A stretch of DNA of 64,000 nucleotides. Source: Verrucomicrobia bacterium ADurb.Bin006. GTDB taxonomy: Bacteria > Verrucomicrobiota > Verrucomicrobiia > Limisphaerales > J093. A model generated the notes under the pieces. That model saw only the letters and a list, made by a program, of their open reading frames with translations, searched no databases and was not told the origin of the DNA. The position numbers were made by a program, and so were the translations under genes. The stretch lies in contig MWFF01000127.1 in the NCBI GenBank assembly GCA_002071485.1, positions 310 through 64,309 of the forward strand, in the 5' to 3' direction. Position 1 is the stretch's first letter. Each line of letters opens with the position of its first letter. Positions 29,832 to 37,900 of the stretch are shown one piece after another.

Positions 29832-31595
29832 ATGAGAATCCAGGAGATCATCCACAACATCGAGGTTGGCAAGGGCGTTTGGGCTCTGCGCACCGTCGTC
29901 GCCCTGCTGCTGCTCGTGTCCCTGACTGTCTGGTACCAGGTGCATGAGTTCCAGAACTTCAGGGCGCCGGAGGCGATGGAGGCAGCCCAACTCGCGCGCA
30001 ATCTCTCCCAGGGCGAGGGCTACACGACCAAATGCATTCGCCCGCTCACCATCGGCCTGCTTCAGAGCCGACAGGGATTCGACGCCCGCCTTGCCCGTCA
30101 GGCGCAGCCGGATCTGACCAACCCGCCCCTCTATCCTGCGATGCTGGCGGGTCTGATGGTCGTGTTGCCGTTTCGATTCGAGGTCATGCCTCAGTTCTGG
30201 ATGCATCAACCCGAGGTGATCATCGCCTTGTTCAACCAGGCGCTATTCTTCCTGACGCTTTGGCTCGTCTACAGGCTCGCGCGGCGACTCTTCGACGCGC
30301 CCGTGGCCGTCGTGACCGTGCTCGTCCTGTTGGGATCGGACATTCTCTGGCGATTCACCGTGTCGGGCCTCTCCACCAACCTGCTGATGCTCATTCTCAC
30401 AGCCCTGCTCAGTGCCCTCGCGACGGCCGAACAGGGGTGCCGGGACGAGACCAGACCGGCCCGATGGTTTGTCCGACAGAGCGTCGTGATCGGCGGGTTG
30501 ATCGCGCTGGGCGCGCTCACGCGCTACGCGTTCGCCTGGCTGCTGGTGCCGGTTCTGATCTGCTCCTGGTTTTGGTTTGGCAAACGCCGCCTCCTGGCTC
30601 TCACACTGATCACCGCCACCTTCCTCGTGATCTTTGGGCCGTGGATCGCGCGCAACTACGCCGTCAGCGGCACCCCGTTCGGCGTCCCGGGGTTCGCCCT
30701 CTTCCAAGACACACTCCCCTTCCCGGACACCCGATTGGAACGGTCCTTGCAGCCGGATCTGGCCAAGGTCGAACCGCGAGACATCCTTCGCAAGATCTTC
30801 ACCTACGTAGGCGAGATTTCCCAAAACGAACTGCCCCGGCTTGGCGGCGCAGGCTGGATTGGCGCCTTCTTCCTGGTGAGCCTCTTCCTTCGATTTCGGA
30901 ATCCGGCTCTGGGCCGGCTCCGCGCATTCCTCATCATCAGCCTGGTCGTGTTCCTCTTCGTGCAGGCGGGCGGGCATACGCACCTGAGCCAGGACACCCT
31001 GCTCGTTAACACGGAGAACCTGCTCATCCTGCTGCTGCCGGGCGTCGCCTTGTTCGGAACGGCGCTGTTCTTCGTGCTGCTCGACCAATTCGATCTCGCC
31101 ATTGTCGAGATGCGCTACTTGATAATCGTCCTTTTCCTCACCGCCACTTCGAGTCAGTTCCTCATCGCACTGTTGCCGCCGCGGACCTACCCGTTCGCCT
31201 ATCCGCCCTACCTGCCCCCGTGGATTCAGGAGACCTCCTCCTTCCTGACGCCCGAGGAACTGATGATGAGCGACGTCCCCTGGGCCGTGGCGTGGTACGG
31301 CAATCGCAATTGCGTCTGGACCACCCTGGACGTCACCCGCTCCTTCTATGCCATCAACGACGAACAGCAACCGATCGTCGGGCTCTATCTGACCCCCCTG
31401 ACCACCGACGCCCGGTTCCTGAGCCAGATTCTCCAGAGCCCGGATTACGCCTGGTCTCGCTTCGCAACCGAAGTCCTCACCAGGACCAACCTGCCTCCGC
31501 AGTTCCCGCTGCGGCATGCTCGCCAGAAATACGCCCCCGACCAACTCTTCCTCTGCGATCGCCCTCGATGGCAGGCGCCCCGGACCGCCAAATGA
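29832..31595 (+). CDS. Polytopic membrane protein, ArnT/PMT-like (GT-C fold, GT39-like) glycosyltransferase candidate
   Basis: 587 aa with more than 10 hydrophobic segments. The first periplasmic loop ...PEAMEAAQLARNLSQGEGYTT... resembles the DE..Y..A..L..G.GY loop of ArnT-like enzymes. It starts 5 nt after the regulator stop. Confidence 0.5.
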   Translation: MRIQEIIHNIEVGKGVWALRTVVALLLLVSLTVWYQVHEFQNFRAPEAMEAAQLARNLSQGEGYTTKCIRPLTIGLLQSRQGFDARLARQAQPDLTNPPLYPAMLAGLMVVLPFRFEVMPQFWMHQPEVIIALFNQALFFLTLWLVYRLARRLFDAPVAVVTVLVLLGSDILWRFTVSGLSTNLLMLILTALLSALATAEQGCRDETRPARWFVRQSVVIGGLIALGALTRYAFAWLLVPVLICSWFWFGKRRLLALTLITATFLVIFGPWIARNYAVSGTPFGVPGFALFQDTLPFPDTRLERSLQPDLAKVEPRDILRKIFTYVGEISQNELPRLGGAGWIGAFFLVSLFLRFRNPALGRLRAFLIISLVVFLFVQAGGHTHLSQDTLLVNTENLLILLLPGVALFGTALFFVLLDQFDLAIVEMRYLIIVLFLTATSSQFLIALLPPRTYPFAYPPYLPPWIQETSSFLTPEELMMSDVPWAVAWYGNRNCVWTTLDVTRSFYAINDEQQPIVGLYLTPLTTDARFLSQILQSPDYAWSRFATEVLTRTNLPPQFPLRHARQKYAPDQLFLCDRPRWQAPRTAK

Positions 31596-31632
31596 ACACT
31601 CTGATCGCCGTGCATCCCGATGCTTGTTTTGT

Positions 31633-32496
31633 ATGCCTGCCGTGCCTCCTCTGAGCCGGAACAAAGGACTGCCGTGGCAGGCGATGCTGCAGTCGCCCCT
31701 CCCGCGCTCCTATACGGACTTCGTTGGCCAGTGGATGCTCCGCTGGATCGACGCGAGCCACAAGATGCTCGCTTTCGCCCTGATCACCCTGGGCGTGCTC
31801 GCGACCAAGTTCAAGACCGCGTCCGCCGTGGTGCATCCGCTCATCTTCGAACAGATCGCGCGGGCAGGCCTGGGAATGCTCCCGATGATCGGTTTCCTGG
31901 CCGCCGCCCTCGGTTTTGTGGTAATTGGACAGACGGTGGCCATCCTGACCAAGGTCGGCGCTCAAGACCTGATCGGCACGGTCATGGTGACCGTGTTCGT
32001 CCGCGAACTGGGACCGCTCATCGCCGCGATGGTCGTCCTGTTGCGCGTCGGCACCGCCACCGTCATCGAGTTGGGGATGACCCGCGCCCTGGGGGAAGTC
32101 GAGGCGCTCGAAGCCTTGGGGATTGACCCGATCCACTACCTGGTCGTGCCGCGCGTGCTGGGGATGGCCATCGGCGTGCTGACGCTCAGTTCCTACCTCA
32201 TCCTCGGAGCGGTCTTCAGCGGTTACCTCTTCGCCTTCCTCCAGGACGTCCCCCTCACACCCGGCGAGTACTTCCGCCAGTTGGCCCTCGCACTCACATG
32301 GCAGGACTTCGCGCTTCTCGCGCTCAAGACGATGGCATTCGGCGGCATCCTCGCCGTGGTCACCTGCTTTCACGGCCTGGCCCAACCGCTCCTCCTGGCT
32401 GAAGTCTCGAGCGCCACGACCCGGGCCCTGGTGACCAGCCTCATCGCCTGCGTCGCCCTCGACGCGCTGTTCATCGTCGTTTATCTGCTCATGTGA
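31633..32496 (+). CDS. mlaE: MlaE-family ABC transporter permease
   Basis: ...FEQIARAGLGMLPMIGFLAAALGFVVIGQT...VTVFVRELGPLIAAMVVLLRVGTATVIELGMTRALGEVEALEALGIDPIHYLVVPRVLG.... The start is either the ATG at 31633 or at 31684. Confidence 0.85.
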   Translation: MPAVPPLSRNKGLPWQAMLQSPLPRSYTDFVGQWMLRWIDASHKMLAFALITLGVLATKFKTASAVVHPLIFEQIARAGLGMLPMIGFLAAALGFVVIGQTVAILTKVGAQDLIGTVMVTVFVRELGPLIAAMVVLLRVGTATVIELGMTRALGEVEALEALGIDPIHYLVVPRVLGMAIGVLTLSSYLILGAVFSGYLFAFLQDVPLTPGEYFRQLALALTWQDFALLALKTMAFGGILAVVTCFHGLAQPLLLAEVSSATTRALVTSLIACVALDALFIVVYLLM

Positions 32497-33269
32497 CACC
32501 CACGCCAGCCAGCCTGATCGAGCTTCGAGGCGTCAGCATCCCCGCCCGCCAGGACCCCGACATCACCGTGGTCAGCGGGGTGGACTGGCGCGTCGAGGAC
32601 GGAGAGTTCTGGGTCATCGCAGGGCCGCCCGGATGCGGCAAGAGCCTTCTCTTCGAGATCGCCGCCGGCCTGCTTGCGCCCGCCCGCGGAACACGGTCCG
32701 TGTCCACCCCAAGCGCGGCAGGAATGACCGCGGCCGCTTCCCCAAGCCCGGAACGCGGGATCGCATTGGTCTTTGCGGACGGCGGACGTCCCTTCAACCA
32801 ACTGACGGTCGCCGAGAATGTTGCCTTGCCGCTGCGCTACCACCGCGGCTGCCGGCACGACGCCGTGGCGTCCGAGGTCGAACGACTGCTCGATTGGACC
32901 GGTTTGGCGCCGCACGCCCAACGTCGGCCAGCCATCCTCAACCGCGGTCTTCGCCAGCGAATCGCTTTGGCCCGCGCCCTGGCGCTGCGACCATCCCTGC
33001 TTCTCCTCGACAATCCCCTGGGGGGGTTGGCCACCTCCCAAATCCGCTGGTGGCTGAACTTCCTCGCCAATCTCCAGCACGCGCACCACCCCGCCCTGCC
33101 CGCCCCCGCAGCCATCGCGGTTACGACCGACAACCTGCGGCCGTGGGTGACGTTGGGCACTCATTTCGCCCTGATTGAAGATGGGCGGTGGCGGTCGCTG
33201 GGCAGCCCCACCGAGGTCGCCAGCAGCCAGCACCCCGCGGTCCGCGAGATGTTGATCGATCCAGTGTAG
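32493..33269 (+). CDS. ABC-transporter ATPase-like protein (MlaF position) with degenerate catalytic motifs
   Basis: GTG start overlapping the mlaE stop (GTGA). Walker A is intact (GPPGCGKS). The signature reads LNRGLRQR instead of LSGGxxxR, Walker B reads LLLLDNP (catalytic Glu replaced by Asn) and the H-loop reads VTTDN (His replaced by Thr). Confidence 0.8.
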   Translation: MTPTPASLIELRGVSIPARQDPDITVVSGVDWRVEDGEFWVIAGPPGCGKSLLFEIAAGLLAPARGTRSVSTPSAAGMTAAASPSPERGIALVFADGGRPFNQLTVAENVALPLRYHRGCRHDAVASEVERLLDWTGLAPHAQRRPAILNRGLRQRIALARALALRPSLLLLDNPLGGLATSQIRWWLNFLANLQHAHHPALPAPAAIAVTTDNLRPWVTLGTHFALIEDGRWRSLGSPTEVASSQHPAVREMLIDPV

Positions 33270-33418
33270 AATTCTCGACCGGTGAAACAGGTTGTAGACG
33301 AGTCACGTTCCTATGGTGTGTTCAAGGGTTAAGGATTCTACTGAGCGAGGCACGGCAGAGAAGGATGGGCAGACACGGGGACTCCTCATGGGACTGGATT
33401 CGATCTGAGGTGCGCCTC
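33266..33418 (+). repeat. Structured repeat family 2, copy X (core module plus ~80-nt extension)
   Basis: GTAGAATTCTCGACCGGTGAAACAGGTTGTAGACGAGTCA...GTTAAGGATTCTAC followed by TGAGCGAGGCACGGCAGAGAAGGATGGGCAGACACGGGGACTCCTCATGGGACTGGATTCGATCTGAGGTGCGCCTC. It aligns along its whole length with the reverse complement of 62253-62410. Confidence 0.6.
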
Positions 33419-33466
33419 GTTAGGGTTGAACCGACACGCGGGACATGTCACGATGCCCGCGCTCAC

Positions 33467-34738
33467 ATGGATTCGGGAACGTCAGCGCCGCCCGTCCGTC
33501 GTCTTGATGACATCTCGCCGTTGCAATGGAAGTCGGGAATCGCGGCATGGCTGGGATGGACATTCGACGGGCTGGACATGCATCTCTACACGCTGGTGTA
33601 CGCCCAGTTCGTCGCCCAGTTGTTGGGCGCTCTCAGCACCAAGGATCCGCAAGTCGGCTACTACTCCTCGATCATCCAGGCCGCCTTCCTGCTGGGCTGG
33701 GCGCTGGGAGGGGGCTTCTTCGGACGCATTGGCGATCGCCTGGGCCGGAGCAGGACACTCTGCCTGACCATCCTCACCTACGCACTGTTCACCGGCCTCT
33801 CGGCCGTCGCGCAGAATTGGTGGCACCTCTGTCTGTTCCGGTTCCTGTCCGCGCTCGGCATCGGCGGCGAGTGGGCCGTGGGCGCCTCACTGCTGTCCGA
33901 AACCTGGCCGCGGCGTTGGCGGCCTTGGGTCGCGGCCGTGCTTCAGACAGGCGTGAACGTCGGCATCCTTCTCGCCATCCTCGCCCATTTCCTGATGTCG
34001 GGAATCGTGGCGACACAGCCCCGATGGCTGTTCGTTGTGGGAATCGCCCCTGCCTTGCTCGTGCTCTGGATTCGACGCGCCGTGCCTGAAACCGAGGAAT
34101 GGACTGCCGCCAAGGCGCAAGCCAAACAGCGGCTGCCGGTCGTCCGCGACCTGTTCCGCGGCGAGGTCCGCCGGACGACCGTGCTGGTGATTGCGGTCTG
34201 CGCGTTGGGACTCAGCGGGCACTGGGCGTTTCTGTTCTGGAACCAAATCCACTTCAAGAACCTCCCCGACGTCATCGGGCTCAGCGACCAGGAGAAAGGG
34301 GATTGGGGCCGACGCATTCTCTACCTGGTCATTGTCGCCTCAATTGCAGGCAATTTTGTCGCGGCATGGCTCGCCCGACACTTCGGCTATCGCCGGGTGA
34401 TCGCCGGCATGTCTCTCGGCTATTTCCTGGGCATGATGGGATGCTACCTGATCCAGCGCGCGCACGAGCAGCTCTATTACCTGCTGGCGGTGCCCGGTTT
34501 TTTTCAGGGGCTTTTCGCCCTTTACACGATGTATCTGCCGCCGCTCTTTCCCACACTGCTGCGCACAACCGGCGCCGGATTCTGCTATAACATCGGACGC
34601 TGCGTCTCGGCACTGGGCGTTGTCGTCTTCGGGCTCTTCAGCCAGGTGGGCGATTACCGGATCACCCTCATCGTCGCCGGAGCGATCTTCCTGCCAACGG
34701 CGATCCTGGCCTGGTTCCTGCCCGACCTGCGCGACTGA
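33467..34738 (+). CDS. MFS transporter
   Basis: From the ATG at 33467: MDSGTSAPPVRRLDDISPLQWKSGIAAWLGWTFDGLDMHLYTLV...GRIGDRLGRSRTL... with about 12 TM segments. The upstream part of ORF 33188.. runs through the repeat element and the preceding gene. Confidence 0.85.
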   Translation: MDSGTSAPPVRRLDDISPLQWKSGIAAWLGWTFDGLDMHLYTLVYAQFVAQLLGALSTKDPQVGYYSSIIQAAFLLGWALGGGFFGRIGDRLGRSRTLCLTILTYALFTGLSAVAQNWWHLCLFRFLSALGIGGEWAVGASLLSETWPRRWRPWVAAVLQTGVNVGILLAILAHFLMSGIVATQPRWLFVVGIAPALLVLWIRRAVPETEEWTAAKAQAKQRLPVVRDLFRGEVRRTTVLVIAVCALGLSGHWAFLFWNQIHFKNLPDVIGLSDQEKGDWGRRILYLVIVASIAGNFVAAWLARHFGYRRVIAGMSLGYFLGMMGCYLIQRAHEQLYYLLAVPGFFQGLFALYTMYLPPLFPTLLRTTGAGFCYNIGRCVSALGVVVFGLFSQVGDYRITLIVAGAIFLPTAILAWFLPDLRD

Positions 34739-34759
34739 CCCCCTGCCCCCCCGTCCCCG

Positions 34760-35203
34760 TCAGAACTGGACCCTGGCGGTCATCACGAAATAGCCTCCTG
34801 CTTCGTTCACACCGGACCCATGAATTCGGTAATCCTCCCGATCGAGTTCGCCGCGCATCCAGGTCCAGTTGCCCCACAGTGCCCAGTCGCGATGCACCTT
34901 CACACTCGCGGAGAGTTCGATGCCGTGCATATGGCCCTCGCCCGAATTCTCCTTGGTCAGGATCGGGATCGACCCGGACATCTCACCCGCGGCCACCCGC
35001 ACAATCATGTCGTCGAAGAGCGTGTGAAAATAGACCGCCTCGGCCTGAACGCGCTCGTACCGGACGCGGGCGCCGCCCTCGATCGACAAGCCCCCTCGGA
35101 GGTCGCCGAAGCTCTTGTACGACCCGATCAGGGCCGCTCGCTCACGGACTCCCGATAAAGCCCAGCCAGGAACGGGTCGAGGCGCCCGGCAGAGAATTGT
35201 CAA
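34760..35203 (-). pseudogene. C-terminal fragment (~130 aa) of a TonB-dependent receptor
   Basis: ...GGLSIEGGARVRYERVQAEAVYFHTLFDDMIV...NSGEGHMHGIELSASVKVHRDWALWGNWTWMRGEL...AGGYFVMTARVQF* shows terminal beta-strands ending in the canonical aromatic residue. No plug or N-terminal barrel is encoded upstream, where a plus-strand gene starts at 35333. Confidence 0.6.
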
Positions 35204-35332
35204 ATATGAAGATGTGACCCTGCTTGATTATCCGATCGGCGCTTGCACCGTCGGGCATCTTGCGGCATCAATGCAGTATGTCACCTGCCAGCGCCACCCC
35301 AATCGCCGACCCATTTGGGCAATGACGATGCC

Positions 35333-37501
35333 ATGATCACTTCCCCCGATCCCTCAGTGCCGCCTCGCGCCGGCGATGCCGCCGAGCCTCGAGGTGCCAA
35401 CCATCTCCGCGTCGAAATCGAGCGCGATGCGGAAGGCAAACCGAAGGCTTTCACGCTCACGCTCGCCAAACAAACCGTGGTGCTGCGTTCGGGCACAAGC
35501 TGGCTCAAGACCGACGAGTTCAAGTGGGTCACGCGCGGCTTGATCGAAGCCCCGCAATCGTTCCAGGTCGAGTCGAACGGCACGGTCGATATCAATGGCG
35601 AGAAGATCGCTTTGGACGACCCCGAAGGCGCCGCCAAGCTCGAACACGAACTCAATAAACACCACATTGTCCCGCCCAAAAAGAAGGCTGCCCTCAAGAC
35701 CGCCTCGATGCAGGCGGTATCCGGACCGCGAGTGCCGCATTTCGACGTCAAGCTCGATCAGTTCGGCCACCTGTTGATAGTGTGCACACGCGGCGCCGAG
35801 CGCGTGGAAACCGGGTTGCGCGGGCTGCCGTCGCTTGTTCAAAACCGGCTGATGCTGGCCCCGAAACAGTCCCACGTCGATCCGCTCCATCGCGGAATCG
35901 ATCTGGACGGGACATTCTACGAGGCGACTGAGGACGGCGCGCGCCAACTTGCCGAGATTCTCAACACGCGCTACGCCCCGAGCCCGGAGGACGACCAGGA
36001 CACCGCGATCGAAATCAAGGAGAACCCCGCAGCGGCGACCGGTTTCGACATCCATTTCGTGACCGTGGTCTCAGGGGCCCGGTTCGAGGTCAAAGGCCAC
36101 CTCTCCCAGGAAAGACTCGATCTGCTCCAGGACTCCGCGAGATGCGATCTCCTCAAGCCCGGCATCATCCTGCGCCTGACTCCTCCTCACATGCTCTTTC
36201 GTCGGCGCCGCCCCGACGGCGGCGAAGAGCATATCCCGGAATTGCCCGACATCCAGTACCGGCGCATCACCGCCCCCGAACTGCAGCGCCTCTTCAACCA
36301 CCCGATCATCCGTCGCGGCGGCGAGTCGGCCGCGGCCGCGGCTCTGCATTCCCACGAACAGGACGACGACCTCGTCGAGTTGCGGGTGACCCGCAACCCG
36401 CAGCACAAGAAAGTCCTTTGGCTTGAAATCTCGACCACCGCCGGCGGCGCGCCCGGAGGCCGGGCGTTCACCCATCACAATATCGCTGATCTCCAGGAAG
36501 CCGGCGTCTTCCTCCCCCACCTCGATGTCTCGCTCTCGCTCGACCACTGCGTCCTGAGCATCCTCAACATAGAGACTCGACACGAAGACAAACTGATCCT
36601 CGACAGCCAGAGCCCGGACAGCACCCTCGACGAGGCAGGCCGCATGCTGACCGCCGCCCTCAAACCGCCGAGACCGCGCCCGCCCGCACCTGCTCCTACA
36701 GCCCCCGTACCCGAGTCTCCATCGCCGCCCCCGGCCCTGGTCGCCTCACCGCCCTCGCCCGCTCCGCCTGCACCACGCCCACCCCTCTCGAGTGCGCCCT
36801 CGCCCGCTCCGCCTGCGAGCGCAACATCGCCGCAAGCAGCAGTGCCACCGGCACAAGCAGTGTCTCCCGCAGCACCGACGCCCGACAAAGCGGCATCGCC
36901 TCCGCCCCAACCGCAGGCGCCGCCGCCTCCGCCTGCGCCTCCTCCTGCTGAGCTTGAACCACTTGTTGACCCGTCGTTTCTCGCGCTTTTCGAGGGGACC
37001 AGCCCCCTCGACGTCAATCTCGCCGTGTTCAACCGGCTTGCCGCCCTCCTGGGAATGCCGGCCCAGGACATTCTCCTGACGCTCCCCCGCGCCTTCACGG
37101 ACAGGCGCTTCCAGATTCTGAGCTTCAGTCATTCGGAGATCGATACTATCCTCGACCTCCGCTCCGAGACCTTCTATGGCTTTTACCTAACGCACGTCAG
37201 CGAGCAGAAGGTCCTGCTGGTGTATGCCTGCAAGGGGCGGCACATCGAGTGGGGCCCGGACCGCTGCCTGCTGCAACCGGGCGTCTCCGCCGAACCCAAC
37301 GAGTACAAGCACGGCGCTCTCCTGGGCCTGGCGCAGGACGCCGACAGCCAATTCGCATTCATTGTCACGCCCGCGTACCGCGATTGGGCACAGGCCTTCG
37401 CACCGGCTTACCGAGACGTCTGCGCCCGTTTCGTCACGCCCCGCGAGATTGCGCTCGAACCCGACCGCTTCACACTGATCTGGCCGGAGCGGCAAGCGTG
37501 A
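35333..37501 (+). CDS. Hypothetical 722-aa protein with a ~100-aa Pro/Ala/Ser-rich linker; no recognisable domain
   Basis: MITSPDPSVPPRAGDAAEPRG... Linker at roughly nt 36650-36960 (PPRPRPPAPAPTAPVPESPSPPPALVASPPSPAPPAPRPP...PPPPPAPPPAE), with the 20-mer CCCTCGCCCGCTCCGCCTGC occurring twice. Coding-like composition on both sides. Confidence 0.7.
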   Translation: MITSPDPSVPPRAGDAAEPRGANHLRVEIERDAEGKPKAFTLTLAKQTVVLRSGTSWLKTDEFKWVTRGLIEAPQSFQVESNGTVDINGEKIALDDPEGAAKLEHELNKHHIVPPKKKAALKTASMQAVSGPRVPHFDVKLDQFGHLLIVCTRGAERVETGLRGLPSLVQNRLMLAPKQSHVDPLHRGIDLDGTFYEATEDGARQLAEILNTRYAPSPEDDQDTAIEIKENPAAATGFDIHFVTVVSGARFEVKGHLSQERLDLLQDSARCDLLKPGIILRLTPPHMLFRRRRPDGGEEHIPELPDIQYRRITAPELQRLFNHPIIRRGGESAAAAALHSHEQDDDLVELRVTRNPQHKKVLWLEISTTAGGAPGGRAFTHHNIADLQEAGVFLPHLDVSLSLDHCVLSILNIETRHEDKLILDSQSPDSTLDEAGRMLTAALKPPRPRPPAPAPTAPVPESPSPPPALVASPPSPAPPAPRPPLSSAPSPAPPASATSPQAAVPPAQAVSPAAPTPDKAASPPPQPQAPPPPPAPPPAELEPLVDPSFLALFEGTSPLDVNLAVFNRLAALLGMPAQDILLTLPRAFTDRRFQILSFSHSEIDTILDLRSETFYGFYLTHVSEQKVLLVYACKGRHIEWGPDRCLLQPGVSAEPNEYKHGALLGLAQDADSQFAFIVTPAYRDWAQAFAPAYRDVCARFVTPREIALEPDRFTLIWPERQA

Positions 37502-37528
37502 CGATTGAATGCCAGGCATCCTGGCATC

Positions 37529-37738
37529 CCGTGCATCTGTAAGTTGTCGGTGGGAATGGAGTTTGCGCCGCGTGGGGCCTGCCTGCCGCGCCTGCCTGTG
37601 CCGTACCCGACACGGCAAAAAAGGCCGCTGCGTTTTGCGGCGCAGGCAGGGCACGCGACCTACAGCGGAAGTTTCCATCCGTTGTACGCCCGGTGCGCTC
37701 ACCGGGCGGCAGAATACCGAAAACTAGCAGATGCACCG
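37529..37738 (+). mobile_element. Foldback MITE, copy C (perfect 9-bp target-site duplication)
   Basis: Termini CCGTGCATCTG (37529-37539) and CAGATGCACCG (37728-37738). The direct repeat CCTGGCATC sits at 37520-37528 and 37739-47. The element lies 20 nt after the stop of the upstream gene. Confidence 0.7.
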
Positions 37739-37900
37739 CCTGGCATCCGTCTGTCGGGCACCCTTACTGACTCTTGACTTGTGCAGCACGGAGGCGTATT
37801 TGAGTGATCGAGTCTCGAGAAAGGCACGATCATTAGGGATCGAACAGGCGGTGTTCGCACCGATGTCCATTCCCAGCAACCCGTGAAAGTAGGCGCTACT

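Noticed and set aside
33365-33466. ATG at 33365 (MGRHGDSSWDW...), preceded by GAGAAGGA, as an upstream start for the MFS gene or a leader peptide.
   Set aside because: The same position in repeat copy Y is ACG. The two copies differ by non-triplet indels, so the conservation is at the nucleotide level. The MFS-like sequence only begins after the ATG at 33467.
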